A DNA stretch of 63,677 nt, counting the filler, from Stramenopiles sp. TOSAG23-3 (Eukaryota), in NCBI GenBank assembly GCA_900128585.1. It is 5 parts of 5 records of this genome, joined end to end, with 100 filler letters (N's around TTAATTAATTAA, not from the genome) between each part and the next. Parts side by side here need not be neighbours in the genome. Positions count along the whole stretch, not along the records: positions 1 to 12,687 come from LT642669.1; positions 12,788 to 25,453 come from LT642670.1; 3 more parts are not named here. The stretch is one strand, 5' to 3'. The position numbers were made by a program, and so were the translations under genes. Under the pieces are notes generated by a model. It ran no database searches. It was not told the DNA's origin and saw nothing but the letters and a program-made list of their open reading frames with translations. Shown here piece by piece: positions 8,976 through 17,935 of this stretch. The stretch's first letter is position 1, and each line of letters opens with the position of its first letter.

Positions 8976-10835
8976 ATGTCGATACCCTGGGACGTGGCCT
9001 CTCGAATCACGTTCGACTTTGAGGAAGTGCTTGCGAGCCAGTCGGTGGAGAGCAAAGAGAACGATGAGTGGAGGCAAGAGAAGAAGGAGGAAGACCAACG
9101 TTTCAAAACGATAGTATGCCGGCACTGGCTGAACTCGCTGTGCCAGAACGGCGAACACTGCGACTTCCTTCACAAGTACGTTCCCGAGAGAATGCCCGAG
9201 TGCCGAAAGGGGGTGGACTGCGACGACCCTTTGTGCATCTTACGGCACATGCGCGACGAAGACAAGAAGAAGTGCCTCTTCTTCTCACAAGGGTTTTGCC
9301 GGCACGGGCCAACGTGCAAATTTTTTCACGAAAAGCTGGGCCCGGACAAGTGCCCGGAAGTTTCCGACTTCAGCACGCCCTTTGACGACGCCAACAAGCC
9401 GGGGGAGGGAACGGAGGTGGCGGACGCCGCGCAGAAGTTCGACCGCAAGGCCAACTGGCGGACGCAGATGTGCAAGCACTACGAAACGACGGGGGCGTGC
9501 CCGTTTCAGACGACGTGCCACTATGCCCACGGCCCCGCGGAGCTTCGCTCCCGGGATCAAAACATAGCTGAAGGGATAGGAACGAAGGAGGAGCTAGGGA
9601 TCGCCGACGACGCTGGGAGCCCGGCGGAAACGTTCGACAAAACGCCGGATGGGATCGACACCATCGTCGTCATGTCGAACCTGAGCCGGGCCGGGGGCGG
9701 GCACGGAGACTACGGGGACGCCGTGCGAAAGCTGGCTCGGGACCTTCCGGACCGGCGGGGCCCTTGCAAGTACTTTGTCGTGCGGGTGCCCGACCCGACG
9801 TACCAGTACCTGGTGGTGTCGGTCAAGAACGGCGTATGGGCCTGCCCGGAGGGCATGGTCGACCAAATGAACGAGATCTTCCACACCCACGACAACGTCT
9901 TTCTCCTCTTTACCGTAGAGGGTTCCGGGAACTTTCAAGGCGTGGCGCGGATCAATGGGCCTGTGACAGGGACGAACGGGAAGGGGGGGCTGGGACAGAG
10001 AGAAGGGTTGACGGCAGTGTTCCCTGTGCAGTGGCTGCGGTTCTGCCAGCTGCCGTACGAGTTTATTGGAAACCACATCGCGCCGCTGCCGACCGGTACC
10101 CCAGTGCAAGATGCGCCCAACTACACCGAGCTGGGCAGGGACACGGGTCTGCACATGGTCGAGCTCATGTACTTGCAGGACGAAGTCCAGTTCGACCCGA
10201 GCCTCATCGAAGTAATCCCCGAGAAGTTCAAGGGCTGGGAAGGAACCCGTGGCTACACAAATCCTGCCACCCAGACCGGGTTTCTCGGCACGGTCCCCCG
10301 CACGGTGGCCAGCACCAACGGCACGAACAAGTTGCACTGGGTCAACGGCCCTGGATTCATCGTCGGCTGCGATTCGTACATTATCGACGAGTGCTTCGGC
10401 AGAATGGTCTTTGGCATGCCTGAGAGCTACCGGGGCCAGTCCCGCTTTATCCACAAAGGGAGCACCCTGCTGTTGTTCCACATGCATGCCCGGAAACTGC
10501 TTGGCGTCTTCGAGGCGACGTCGAACCGTCCCGCGCTGATCGAGCCGAATGCATGGGCCCCGAACGACCAGAGCGTCAGCCCTTACCCTGTACAGATACG
10601 ATTTCGCATCGTCTGTGAAACCCCGATGATGGAGGAGGCGGAAGTCGCCCAGCTCTTGCCCGATTCCAACGAGCGAGTGAGAAGGGTCGAGCAGGACAAA
10701 ATGCAAGAAATTGTGGATATCTTTGTACAGAGAGGCGGGGGAATAGAAGAAGTTGCGCGGCGAAACAAGATGCCCCTCCCGAATGGGGTGGTTCCTGCAG
10801 GGCAGGAAGAAGAGAACACTACAGAAGAGGCGTAA
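8976..10835 (+). CDS. CPSF30: CPSF30-like CCCH zinc-finger protein with an extra CCCH finger, YTH domain and C-terminal DCD domain
   Basis: KTIVCRHWLNSLCQNGEHCDFLHKY..RMPEC is the CPSF30/Yth1 finger array. A TTP-like finger follows (WRTQMCKHY..C..CHYAHG), then YTH (KYFVV..SVKNGVW..VFLLFTVEGSGNFQGVAR..FPVQW) and DCD (GFIVGC..ECFGRMVFGMP..LLGVFEATS..IEPNAW..YPVQIRF). Confidence 0.85.
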   Translation: MSIPWDVASRITFDFEEVLASQSVESKENDEWRQEKKEEDQRFKTIVCRHWLNSLCQNGEHCDFLHKYVPERMPECRKGVDCDDPLCILRHMRDEDKKKCLFFSQGFCRHGPTCKFFHEKLGPDKCPEVSDFSTPFDDANKPGEGTEVADAAQKFDRKANWRTQMCKHYETTGACPFQTTCHYAHGPAELRSRDQNIAEGIGTKEELGIADDAGSPAETFDKTPDGIDTIVVMSNLSRAGGGHGDYGDAVRKLARDLPDRRGPCKYFVVRVPDPTYQYLVVSVKNGVWACPEGMVDQMNEIFHTHDNVFLLFTVEGSGNFQGVARINGPVTGTNGKGGLGQREGLTAVFPVQWLRFCQLPYEFIGNHIAPLPTGTPVQDAPNYTELGRDTGLHMVELMYLQDEVQFDPSLIEVIPEKFKGWEGTRGYTNPATQTGFLGTVPRTVASTNGTNKLHWVNGPGFIVGCDSYIIDECFGRMVFGMPESYRGQSRFIHKGSTLLLFHMHARKLLGVFEATSNRPALIEPNAWAPNDQSVSPYPVQIRFRIVCETPMMEEAEVAQLLPDSNERVRRVEQDKMQEIVDIFVQRGGGIEEVARRNKMPLPNGVVPAGQEEENTTEEA

Positions 10836-10956
10836 TTTTTAGAGGAAGGAGTTTGTACATTTTTAAGAAAAAGATTAAAGAATTTTTAATATTGAGGAGA
10901 TATTGTTCTTGAACTGACACCTTCTTTTTTCTTTTTATATATTTCAATTTTACTAT

Positions 10957-11061
10957 AAAATAACAGCCAATTTTCTTGTTTTTATTACAGAACCAAGTTA
11001 GGATTAGGGTATGACGAAGCTAAATTTAATTACGTAAATAACAGCCAATTTTCTTGTTTTT
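10957..11061 (-). repeat. Dispersed two-module repeat, copy arranged A-B-A in reverse orientation
   Basis: AATAACAGCCAATTTTCTTGTTTTTATTAC occurs twice, flanking GAACCAAGTTAGGATTAGGGTATGACGAAGCTAAATTTAATTA. Near-identical to the reverse complement of 4368-4522. Confidence 0.9.
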
Positions 11062-11116
11062 ATTACAAAGAACAAATTTTATGACTGATTGCGCGCGTTT
11101 TGTTAACATCCAACTG

Positions 11117-12448
11117 TCAAAGGTACCTCATGCTGTAGAACGCAACGCTGCTGATGACAGTGAATGCGCCGTAGGAGAATTTGGCGCCCAGATTGGACGA
11201 GATGATAATTCCCATCGAGCGAAAGCCTGTCAACGGCAAGCCCCGCTCAGAGTGTTGGTAAAACTTTGCAAAATCGTCGTGCATCGACGGGTCCATGAGG
11301 TTCAATACAGCCTCCATACGGTGGACGCGGCGTTGGACGCGCTTAACAGATTCAGTGATTTGCGCCGCGCTCGTAAAGATGCACTTGATTGCCACTACAA
11401 ACAACAAAAAGAAGGATATCGCAAATGTTCCGAGCGCAATTGAATCTAAGGCAACAGCCTCCCCCTCAGCAATCGCCGCCACAATCAAATCCACGGACCC
11501 GATGCCCATTCCAACAGTTCCCACAACCAACGTGAATTCAGAGTAGAAAAAGTACGCAGCAAAGGTTTCGCTGAACTTTTTGATCGTTTCCACCATGATA
11601 TGGTAATTTTCGTAAGCATCGCTGAAAACCGCCTTGCTACCATGAGCACCGTTTTCAACGGTATCGGGCATCTGCATGGAGTTCAGATCAAAAAATTCAA
11701 ACGTGTCTATCATTTCAGATAGCAGGCGGGCCATGGAAACAAAATAGTTCGACATGATCCCCATGCCAAACGGAAACCAACTAGACACTGTGCTCAAGTT
11801 TAGATTAGTCAACCACAACCAGAATAGGCAGTGCTGGAAAATCGGCATGGCCTGAAAACGAACGGAGTAAAGTACTCCAAGGCCTGCAGAAATAAACACA
11901 AATAGAAGATGGCCGACCAACCTAGAATAGGAGTAAGTAAAACCTAGAAGCCTAGATGATCTTGCCAACGCGCGCGCTTTTCGTACCGTGCCCACCATTC
12001 GCAACATTTGAAACACGACGCAATCGTCTCTTTTGAAACTGTCCCCGGCAGTCAACAGTTTCGAAGTGATGTTGCAGCCAATCAGAAATACCCCAACCGA
12101 GTACAGGACTCTGTTGCAGAGCATATAAACGACGTACGGCTGCAGGATCATCAAGGACGCTATGTTCCACACCATATTTAAAGCATACCAACCATTTGTC
12201 GGAGCCAGCGCGATGGACATTTTTCTCTCCCAGCCGGGCGAGACACCAAAGTAACCGTCCACAGACGTCCCGTTCGCTCGCTCAAGCTCAAGTACTTCCT
12301 CGGCTTTTGCAAGGGCCCCTAACCAGGTCACTGCCTTTGCTTTTCCATCCTCTAGCAAGATCGAACGTCTCTTCCTTTCAGGTCCACCACGAATCGCAAG
12401 CTTCTCTCTTGTCTCCTCCGAAACGGTGTAGAGTTTCTTGCCGTCCAT
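11117..12448 (-). CDS. Multi-pass membrane protein, candidate gustatory-receptor-like (7TM ion channel superfamily)
   Basis: About 7 hydrophobic segments after a hydrophilic N-terminus. The C-terminal LTGFRSMGIIISSNLGAKFSYGAFTVISSVAFY resembles the GR/GRL TM7 region. First ATG at 12448. Confidence 0.55.
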   Translation of the reverse strand: MDGKKLYTVSEETREKLAIRGGPERKRRSILLEDGKAKAVTWLGALAKAEEVLELERANGTSVDGYFGVSPGWERKMSIALAPTNGWYALNMVWNIASLMILQPYVVYMLCNRVLYSVGVFLIGCNITSKLLTAGDSFKRDDCVVFQMLRMVGTVRKARALARSSRLLGFTYSYSRLVGHLLFVFISAGLGVLYSVRFQAMPIFQHCLFWLWLTNLNLSTVSSWFPFGMGIMSNYFVSMARLLSEMIDTFEFFDLNSMQMPDTVENGAHGSKAVFSDAYENYHIMVETIKKFSETFAAYFFYSEFTLVVGTVGMGIGSVDLIVAAIAEGEAVALDSIALGTFAISFFLLFVVAIKCIFTSAAQITESVKRVQRRVHRMEAVLNLMDPSMHDDFAKFYQHSERGLPLTGFRSMGIIISSNLGAKFSYGAFTVISSVAFYSMRYL

Positions 12449-12687
12449 GAGAAAAGAGTTGTAGCCAGAGAAGGGTGATTGGAAGAGCGCCGCGCTCACG
12501 TACCTTTCTTAGCCCCCAACTCCCGGTTTGGTTTTGCAGCACAACTTATTTTCCGTTTTGCTTTTGTATATACATTGTTGAAATATTTATGCATAGATAT
12601 GAAGTCTAGATACAGTTAGTTATCATTAATAAATCGTATAAATAATTTCAAATATAACCTACTATAATATTTCAAACACAAAAAACA

Positions 12688-12787
12688 NNNNNNNNNNNNN
12701 NNNNNNNNNNNNNNNNNNNNNNNNNNNNNNNTTAATTAATTAANNNNNNNNNNNNNNNNNNNNNNNNNNNNNNNNNNNNNNNNNNNN
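12688..12787. other. Artificial contig-joining spacer
   Basis: 44 N + TTAATTAATTAA (stops in all six frames) + 44 N. Confidence 0.98.
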
Positions 12788-14551
12788 AGGGACAATACAA
12801 GAGGGACCAGGTTCACTGAAATATCATCTTTGAAGGAGTTTGAGACATGGACCGAAACGGTCCTTCTGGATGTACTGTTTGGTTCGAATACATGCGAAAC
12901 TTTACTGTTCTCCCCTGACCAGGTTAACAAAAACTGTGCCGGTCTAATGACCAGAAAGATTGTGCTAGACAAAGGAGGCACGAACGAAAACATGCAGTTC
13001 TGGGAAGACCCAACGTCAGAGTGCTGCATTGTGTACTGCGACTCAAAGTTCCAATTTGTTGGACGCCAAGCAGAGTTGCACACGAAAAACATATCTTGCT
13101 CCACTGATCCATTGGAAACATACCAGAGCACAGCAGGGGGCGTTTATTTTGAAAACACAAAGTTAGAGGGTGCCCAGGTAAGTTGCATCCCAGGACCCTT
13201 CAATTCCGGCTCCATGTTTGTGATTGGTGAGACCGTTCGAATACGGCATGCTACACTGGGACCATTGGCCAACAAAAGATGCAACGCATACCCAGGGTCC
13301 CCGGACTCAACGGTCTGCGCACCTGTCTACCAACCCGATCGAAGGGTTGTATTAGGGTACGACTTTAGCAATGAGTGGAAACAGCAATGGTTAGGCTCGC
13401 GGCAAAACATTAGTGGGGTAAAATATATAAGTGATTATAGGCCATTTAATCCTTCGACAGGTCGGCACTACCCTTTGGGCGGTAACGCGTTTGATTTGTC
13501 AATAAAGAACAAAAGCAGTGCGCTTGAAAAGCTAATATCTGCACGACGGGCAAAATGGATTAATATTCCTAACGGGGCCCAGGCCGCGTTTGTAGAACTG
13601 GCCGTGTGGGTTCCACGAGCACATGTCTTACTTCCAGTACGTCTGACCGTGGAATTTCAGGCAGGGGGGAGGGCTTTGCCGAACGCCATGGCCACTGTAT
13701 TCCCAGTCCTGAGCGAAATCACCAAGCCGCCAGGCACTGCATGGAATGCTTACTACAGCATCCTGGTCGCCTTGCCATTAATGAAGGAAGGGGCACAGCT
13801 TGCCATAGAACGGTTGGGTTATTTTAAAAACATATGGAGTTTGTTGGAACTGCTTGTGATCGGTCTTACGTTGTTTTTTCTCGAGTGGTACGAAAACACA
13901 ATAACTGCTGCACAAGCCATTACAATTTCCTCGGACACTTACAACCAATTCGAAACTGTTGAAATACGCTTGAAATGGCTGAATTGGGGATGCGGGATTG
14001 GCATGACTCTTATGGTGTTTCAAATGCTTGAGACGTTCAAAACACTTGGCGACCCGTATGGATTGCAGATAGCAGGCATAATGATGACCATGTCCAGAGA
14101 AGAAATTTTAGGCATCTTAGGTCTAGTTTTTGGCATTGTGTTTGCCTTTTCATACGGACAATATATTACGTTTGGCGCAGATGTAGAAGCTTACAACAGT
14201 ATTGCTTATGCCTTTGAGAGCATGTCGTTTGTAATGTTTGGAGAATTCGGCAATCAACTGGACGAGAGTCAGAAAATTTGGAACGCTTTTGCAACCATTG
14301 TGTTCATGATATTTGTTCTCTTAATTGCCCTTGTAATGATGAACATCCTCATTGCACTTGTGGGAACAATGTACGAAAGCAGTTTGGAACTGGTTGCACT
14401 TGAACGGGATATGAATCGATTTTCTCAAAATTTTCACAGCATAGAAGAAACTTCGGCGGGCAGCGCGACGGTCGGCAAGCCCAAAAAACTGGTGGAGATC
14501 ATTGCAAGCATGATGGGGGACAAGCGACGTCATTTGTCAGCAAACTATTAA
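12788..14551 (+). CDS. Polycystin (PKD2/TRPP-like) cation channel, 5'-truncated by the contig end
   Basis: Frame is open from the gap edge. TOP-domain-like WI..AAFVELAVW..VRLTVEF..GG; YFKNIWSLLE; pore region FGADVEAYNSIAYAFESMSFVMFGEF; S6 FVLLIALVMMNILIALVGTMYE. Confidence 0.85.
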   Translation, partial: RDNTRGTRFTEISSLKEFETWTETVLLDVLFGSNTCETLLFSPDQVNKNCAGLMTRKIVLDKGGTNENMQFWEDPTSECCIVYCDSKFQFVGRQAELHTKNISCSTDPLETYQSTAGGVYFENTKLEGAQVSCIPGPFNSGSMFVIGETVRIRHATLGPLANKRCNAYPGSPDSTVCAPVYQPDRRVVLGYDFSNEWKQQWLGSRQNISGVKYISDYRPFNPSTGRHYPLGGNAFDLSIKNKSSALEKLISARRAKWINIPNGAQAAFVELAVWVPRAHVLLPVRLTVEFQAGGRALPNAMATVFPVLSEITKPPGTAWNAYYSILVALPLMKEGAQLAIERLGYFKNIWSLLELLVIGLTLFFLEWYENTITAAQAITISSDTYNQFETVEIRLKWLNWGCGIGMTLMVFQMLETFKTLGDPYGLQIAGIMMTMSREEILGILGLVFGIVFAFSYGQYITFGADVEAYNSIAYAFESMSFVMFGEFGNQLDESQKIWNAFATIVFMIFVLLIALVMMNILIALVGTMYESSLELVALERDMNRFSQNFHSIEETSAGSATVGKPKKLVEIIASMMGDKRRHLSANY

Positions 14552-14944
14552 GAAAAGCAATTTTTATTAACAGTGCACCACTAATGTGTGGTTGAAAACA
14601 TGTAACACTTACGAAAAAACTTTCAGGACTTCTATAAGGCTCTTCCTGTTTTTCATGCCAGCAAGACATGATTGCAAGTAGCATGGCATTTGTCTCGCTG
14701 ATTGTGTAATCCATAGCCCTGATTCCTGGCGTGTGTTTTTTTGGTGTTTTATTTAGCATCTGTTCCAGGTAACCCCCTAACTTTTTCCTTTCCTCAAGCA
14801 CTTGGTTTTTAAACAAATTTCTATTGTTTGGAAGCACACGCAGTCGCTTCAGCTTGTTTACCTGCTTTTTTGATGTTCTTGGTGTCTTTGTCATGATTGA
14901 TAACGACGATAAAGCTTTCTGTATACACTCTTTATGCTCTGACT

Positions 14945-15258
14945 CACAGGAAAATGATTACAAAGAATGGCAGCGACGATTCGGACGCCAATCCACTCGA
15001 CGCAACGACCTGTTTCAGGCGGAACGCCGACGGTGGGCGTGCGTTCAGAAGGAAGAGAACGGACTTTACTTGCTCGACGCTGAAATGAAGCACGAAATGC
15101 GCCGCGAAGGCGTTGTACCGAACCTATGGGTCTTCCCAGACAAGATGGGCATCTATGTCAACATGGTAGGCGAGCACCAGATGGACTTCGGCAAGCGTGG
15201 TCCACTTGCCAACGAGAACCGTGAACGTGGCGACCTCAAAGCCACCTTTCGTGGACTG
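14945..15258 (+). pseudogene. Possible endogenous viral fragment resembling part of a mirusvirus-type (HK97-fold) major capsid protein
   Basis: GC-elevated island translating to DYKEWQRRFG..DLFQAERRRWACVQKEENGLYLLDAEMKHEMRREGVVPNLWVFPDKMGIYVNMV..GP..TFRGL. Recognised from memory only; no plausible N- or C-terminus. Confidence 0.45.
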
Positions 15259-15842
15259 GCGGGGCTCTTCATAATGCATGCATGAACCATTTTCCCGCCA
15301 AATATGTATGCCCTATATGCTGCACTGATGTAATGAGCACTTTAGGTATTTGAATTTGAATGTGTAAAAAATCAAAATGACTGTTTGTTCCAACAATTTC
15401 ACTCATAGGAACGTATGCCACAAATGTGCAACGTGCATCAATTTGTATTATTATATTATTTATTATTATTACTACTACTACTACTACTACGACGACGAAT
15501 TATTTGTATTATTATATTATTTATTATTACTACTATGATGAAGGAAAATAATAAATAAGAAGAAGAAAAATAAATAGACTTTCTTCTACTACTTCTTCTC
15601 ATGAGAATTTTTTGCATCATCAGTTGTTATTTTTATCTTCGCAACAACCAACAACGTCTACCTGGTAAAAATAATATTTAATACAATTATTACATACTGT
15701 AAATGCACTTATTTACCTATATAATAATTATTCCCATAACCGGAATCTAAAATCGAAACCTATTCAATGCTTTGGAGCTCGTATTTAAAATGTAAATCTC
15801 ATAAAGATAATTGAAAATAAATTATTTATTTTAGTTACTCTC

Positions 15843-17168
15843 TCATTTTTTAGTGTACAATTTGTTCGACCACTCAATTTCCAAAATTTCTCCTTCCACC
15901 GTTGCGCAGACAGAGTCTCTGTGGTTATGGGGTGTTAAATTAGCAAAATGCATTTGCGAACCTTCTAAAGGGTTAAAGCAATTGATTTGTTTCCGTTCTT
16001 TGGTGTCCCATATCTGAAGACCACCATAGTCAACCGATACCATGACTTTTCTGTAAGAAATTGGGAGTATTGAAAAGACTGTCCTGTTTATAGGTAGTGA
16101 CCACAGGATGGCTGCGTCTGCATTCTTGCAATGCAGGCGAACACCAAAGCAACAGTTGTCTTTTAGCATCTTAATTATACGGCTGTCGTTACCAGTAAAG
16201 CTTGCCCCACGCGTCCCAACGATAACCTCGTCGTCTGACAAAAACTCCATGCACGTTAAAAACCGCTCTCCTAACCACGATTGGTCAATATGATTAACTA
16301 ACGTCCACTCACTCGAACCTTTAATTGTTTCTGCGAAGACGAAAATGCCGCTCTTTTTCGTGCAACACACCGTCGTGCTGCCTCTTGTCCTCAAACAGGT
16401 CACCGCCATGAACAACCGCTTCTGTTCCAAGTGCAGTTGGGCCAAATCAAACAAGTTCCAGGAGTGCAGGACTTCGATTCCATAGCCTGGTCCGTTGTTA
16501 ACGACCCTCGCTAATCTAACACAACCCGATCCATCCCCGACAAAAATCTCAGCGGGACAACTATTTCGAGGGCACATGCTTCGGATGTGGGAATTGCTTA
16601 AATAGTGCCGGCGCCCTTTAAATTGCTCCATGGAAAAAACCGCAAGCTCGCCAGCTTTCGTTCCGCATACAAACAGCTGCTTTCCCTCCCCGTGGCCCAG
16701 TTTAAAGTCTATTACTACAGAGCACGTGTACGACGGAGTCCCTGACGTACCATCTTCCAGGTAAAGCTTCTGCTCTGCAATAATTATGCCAGTTTCTATT
16801 TGAACAACACTAGCATTGCCAGAAAAATCAATCATGCACCAAACGTCAACGTGTTCGCCCTCTATACTTCTATGCAAGTGAAACCCTGTTATTTTGTCAT
16901 CAAAGACGGAAGTTTGGTACTTTGCACTACCATTGGAATGGACCAGGCACCAGTAGTAACGGTTCAGGCTCTTGTATGTCCTCCCACTCGCCCAAAGTGG
17001 TTCCAAGCCTCTCGTTAAAGTATTCCACAGCAAACGGTTTATTCTACGACCGTTGCGCCTGAGTGCGTTCTTCCAGTCGCTACACGCACACGCGCAAGCA
17101 GACAGGTCTTTTGCGTCGAGGAAGGTGCACGCGTGGACTGCGATGTCACCGCCCAGGTTTTGCAGCAT
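15843..17168 (-). CDS. F-box protein with a C-terminal WD40-like beta-propeller
   Basis: N-terminal LGGDIAVHACTFLDAKDLSACACACSDWKN fits the F-box consensus. Beta-rich repeats follow (GTKAGELAVF, GDGSGCVRL, GGLQIWD). Confidence 0.75.
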   Translation of the reverse strand: MLQNLGGDIAVHACTFLDAKDLSACACACSDWKNALRRNGRRINRLLWNTLTRGLEPLWASGRTYKSLNRYYWCLVHSNGSAKYQTSVFDDKITGFHLHRSIEGEHVDVWCMIDFSGNASVVQIETGIIIAEQKLYLEDGTSGTPSYTCSVVIDFKLGHGEGKQLFVCGTKAGELAVFSMEQFKGRRHYLSNSHIRSMCPRNSCPAEIFVGDGSGCVRLARVVNNGPGYGIEVLHSWNLFDLAQLHLEQKRLFMAVTCLRTRGSTTVCCTKKSGIFVFAETIKGSSEWTLVNHIDQSWLGERFLTCMEFLSDDEVIVGTRGASFTGNDSRIIKMLKDNCCFGVRLHCKNADAAILWSLPINRTVFSILPISYRKVMVSVDYGGLQIWDTKERKQINCFNPLEGSQMHFANLTPHNHRDSVCATVEGEILEIEWSNKLYTKK

Positions 17169-17935
17169 GTTCTAATAATACATTGATCGGTCTATAGTTT
17201 GAAAGCTGTCGAAATTGTTCATAAAATGAATAAAACAATAATGATCTGTTACATGACTTATGTATGTCATTCTCTGAGTATTTAAACTCTGTTGGTGGAA
17301 AAAGAATATTATTATTATTATTAATTTTTTATGATGAAGAAGTAAGTTATTATTATAAATAATAGTCGTCATCTTCTTCTCCTCAGTCTGACGATGAAGA
17401 ATGAAGAACAACAACAACGAAAAAAAGGGAAGAAGAGAAGAAGAAAAAAGGGAAGAAGAAGAGAAGAAACCAACACGCTCGCATCTCAATCAAGTCCTCC
17501 TTCTTCTATTTATTATTATATTAAATTATATTTCAAAAAAAAAATAGAAAAAGAAAAGAAGAACATCATCATCGTGTGATGAATGAAGCAAGAATAATAA
17601 TAATAATTTTTTTTTTAATAATATTATATTATAACGTACATAGAAGACACAAAGAGTTTAGTTATAACTGAGCATTTGCATTTGACATTTTACAATTAAA
17701 CGCTGAAATAACTCGGGAAAACACTAATAGGTTTCTCGTTTTGTTCTGTGCAACGTGCAACGAGGGTTAATTGGGTGAAACGCACAGCCCTGTCCGTGTT
17801 AAACTGGCGGGCTCCATAATTCGGCGGAAAACGGGCCGGTTGGCCGGGGCCGTTTGCAGGGGCGATGAGGAGGGGAAAGAAGGGGGGAAACGTAAAAGAA
17901 ACGGGGCAAAAACATGTTTAGGTGCATTCGGTTTG

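Noticed and set aside
4652-10706. Long antisense ORFs (4652-5539, 5573-6352, 9594-10706; likewise 52872-53882)
   Set aside because: Expected shadows of GC-rich coding strands; no recognisable motifs.
10998-11009. True telomere or chromosome end
   Set aside because: Only two hexamers, internal and flanked by genes.
12732-12743. TTAATTAATTAA palindrome recurring four times
   Set aside because: Always centred in identical 44-N flanks; it is an artificial six-frame-stop linker, so adjacency across it has no biological meaning.
17865-17890. Programmed frameshift joining ATG 17865 (MRRGKKG) to the long TPR ORF through a G6 run
   Set aside because: An in-frame ATG at 17936 or a homopolymer assembly error explains it more simply; cannot be resolved without reads.
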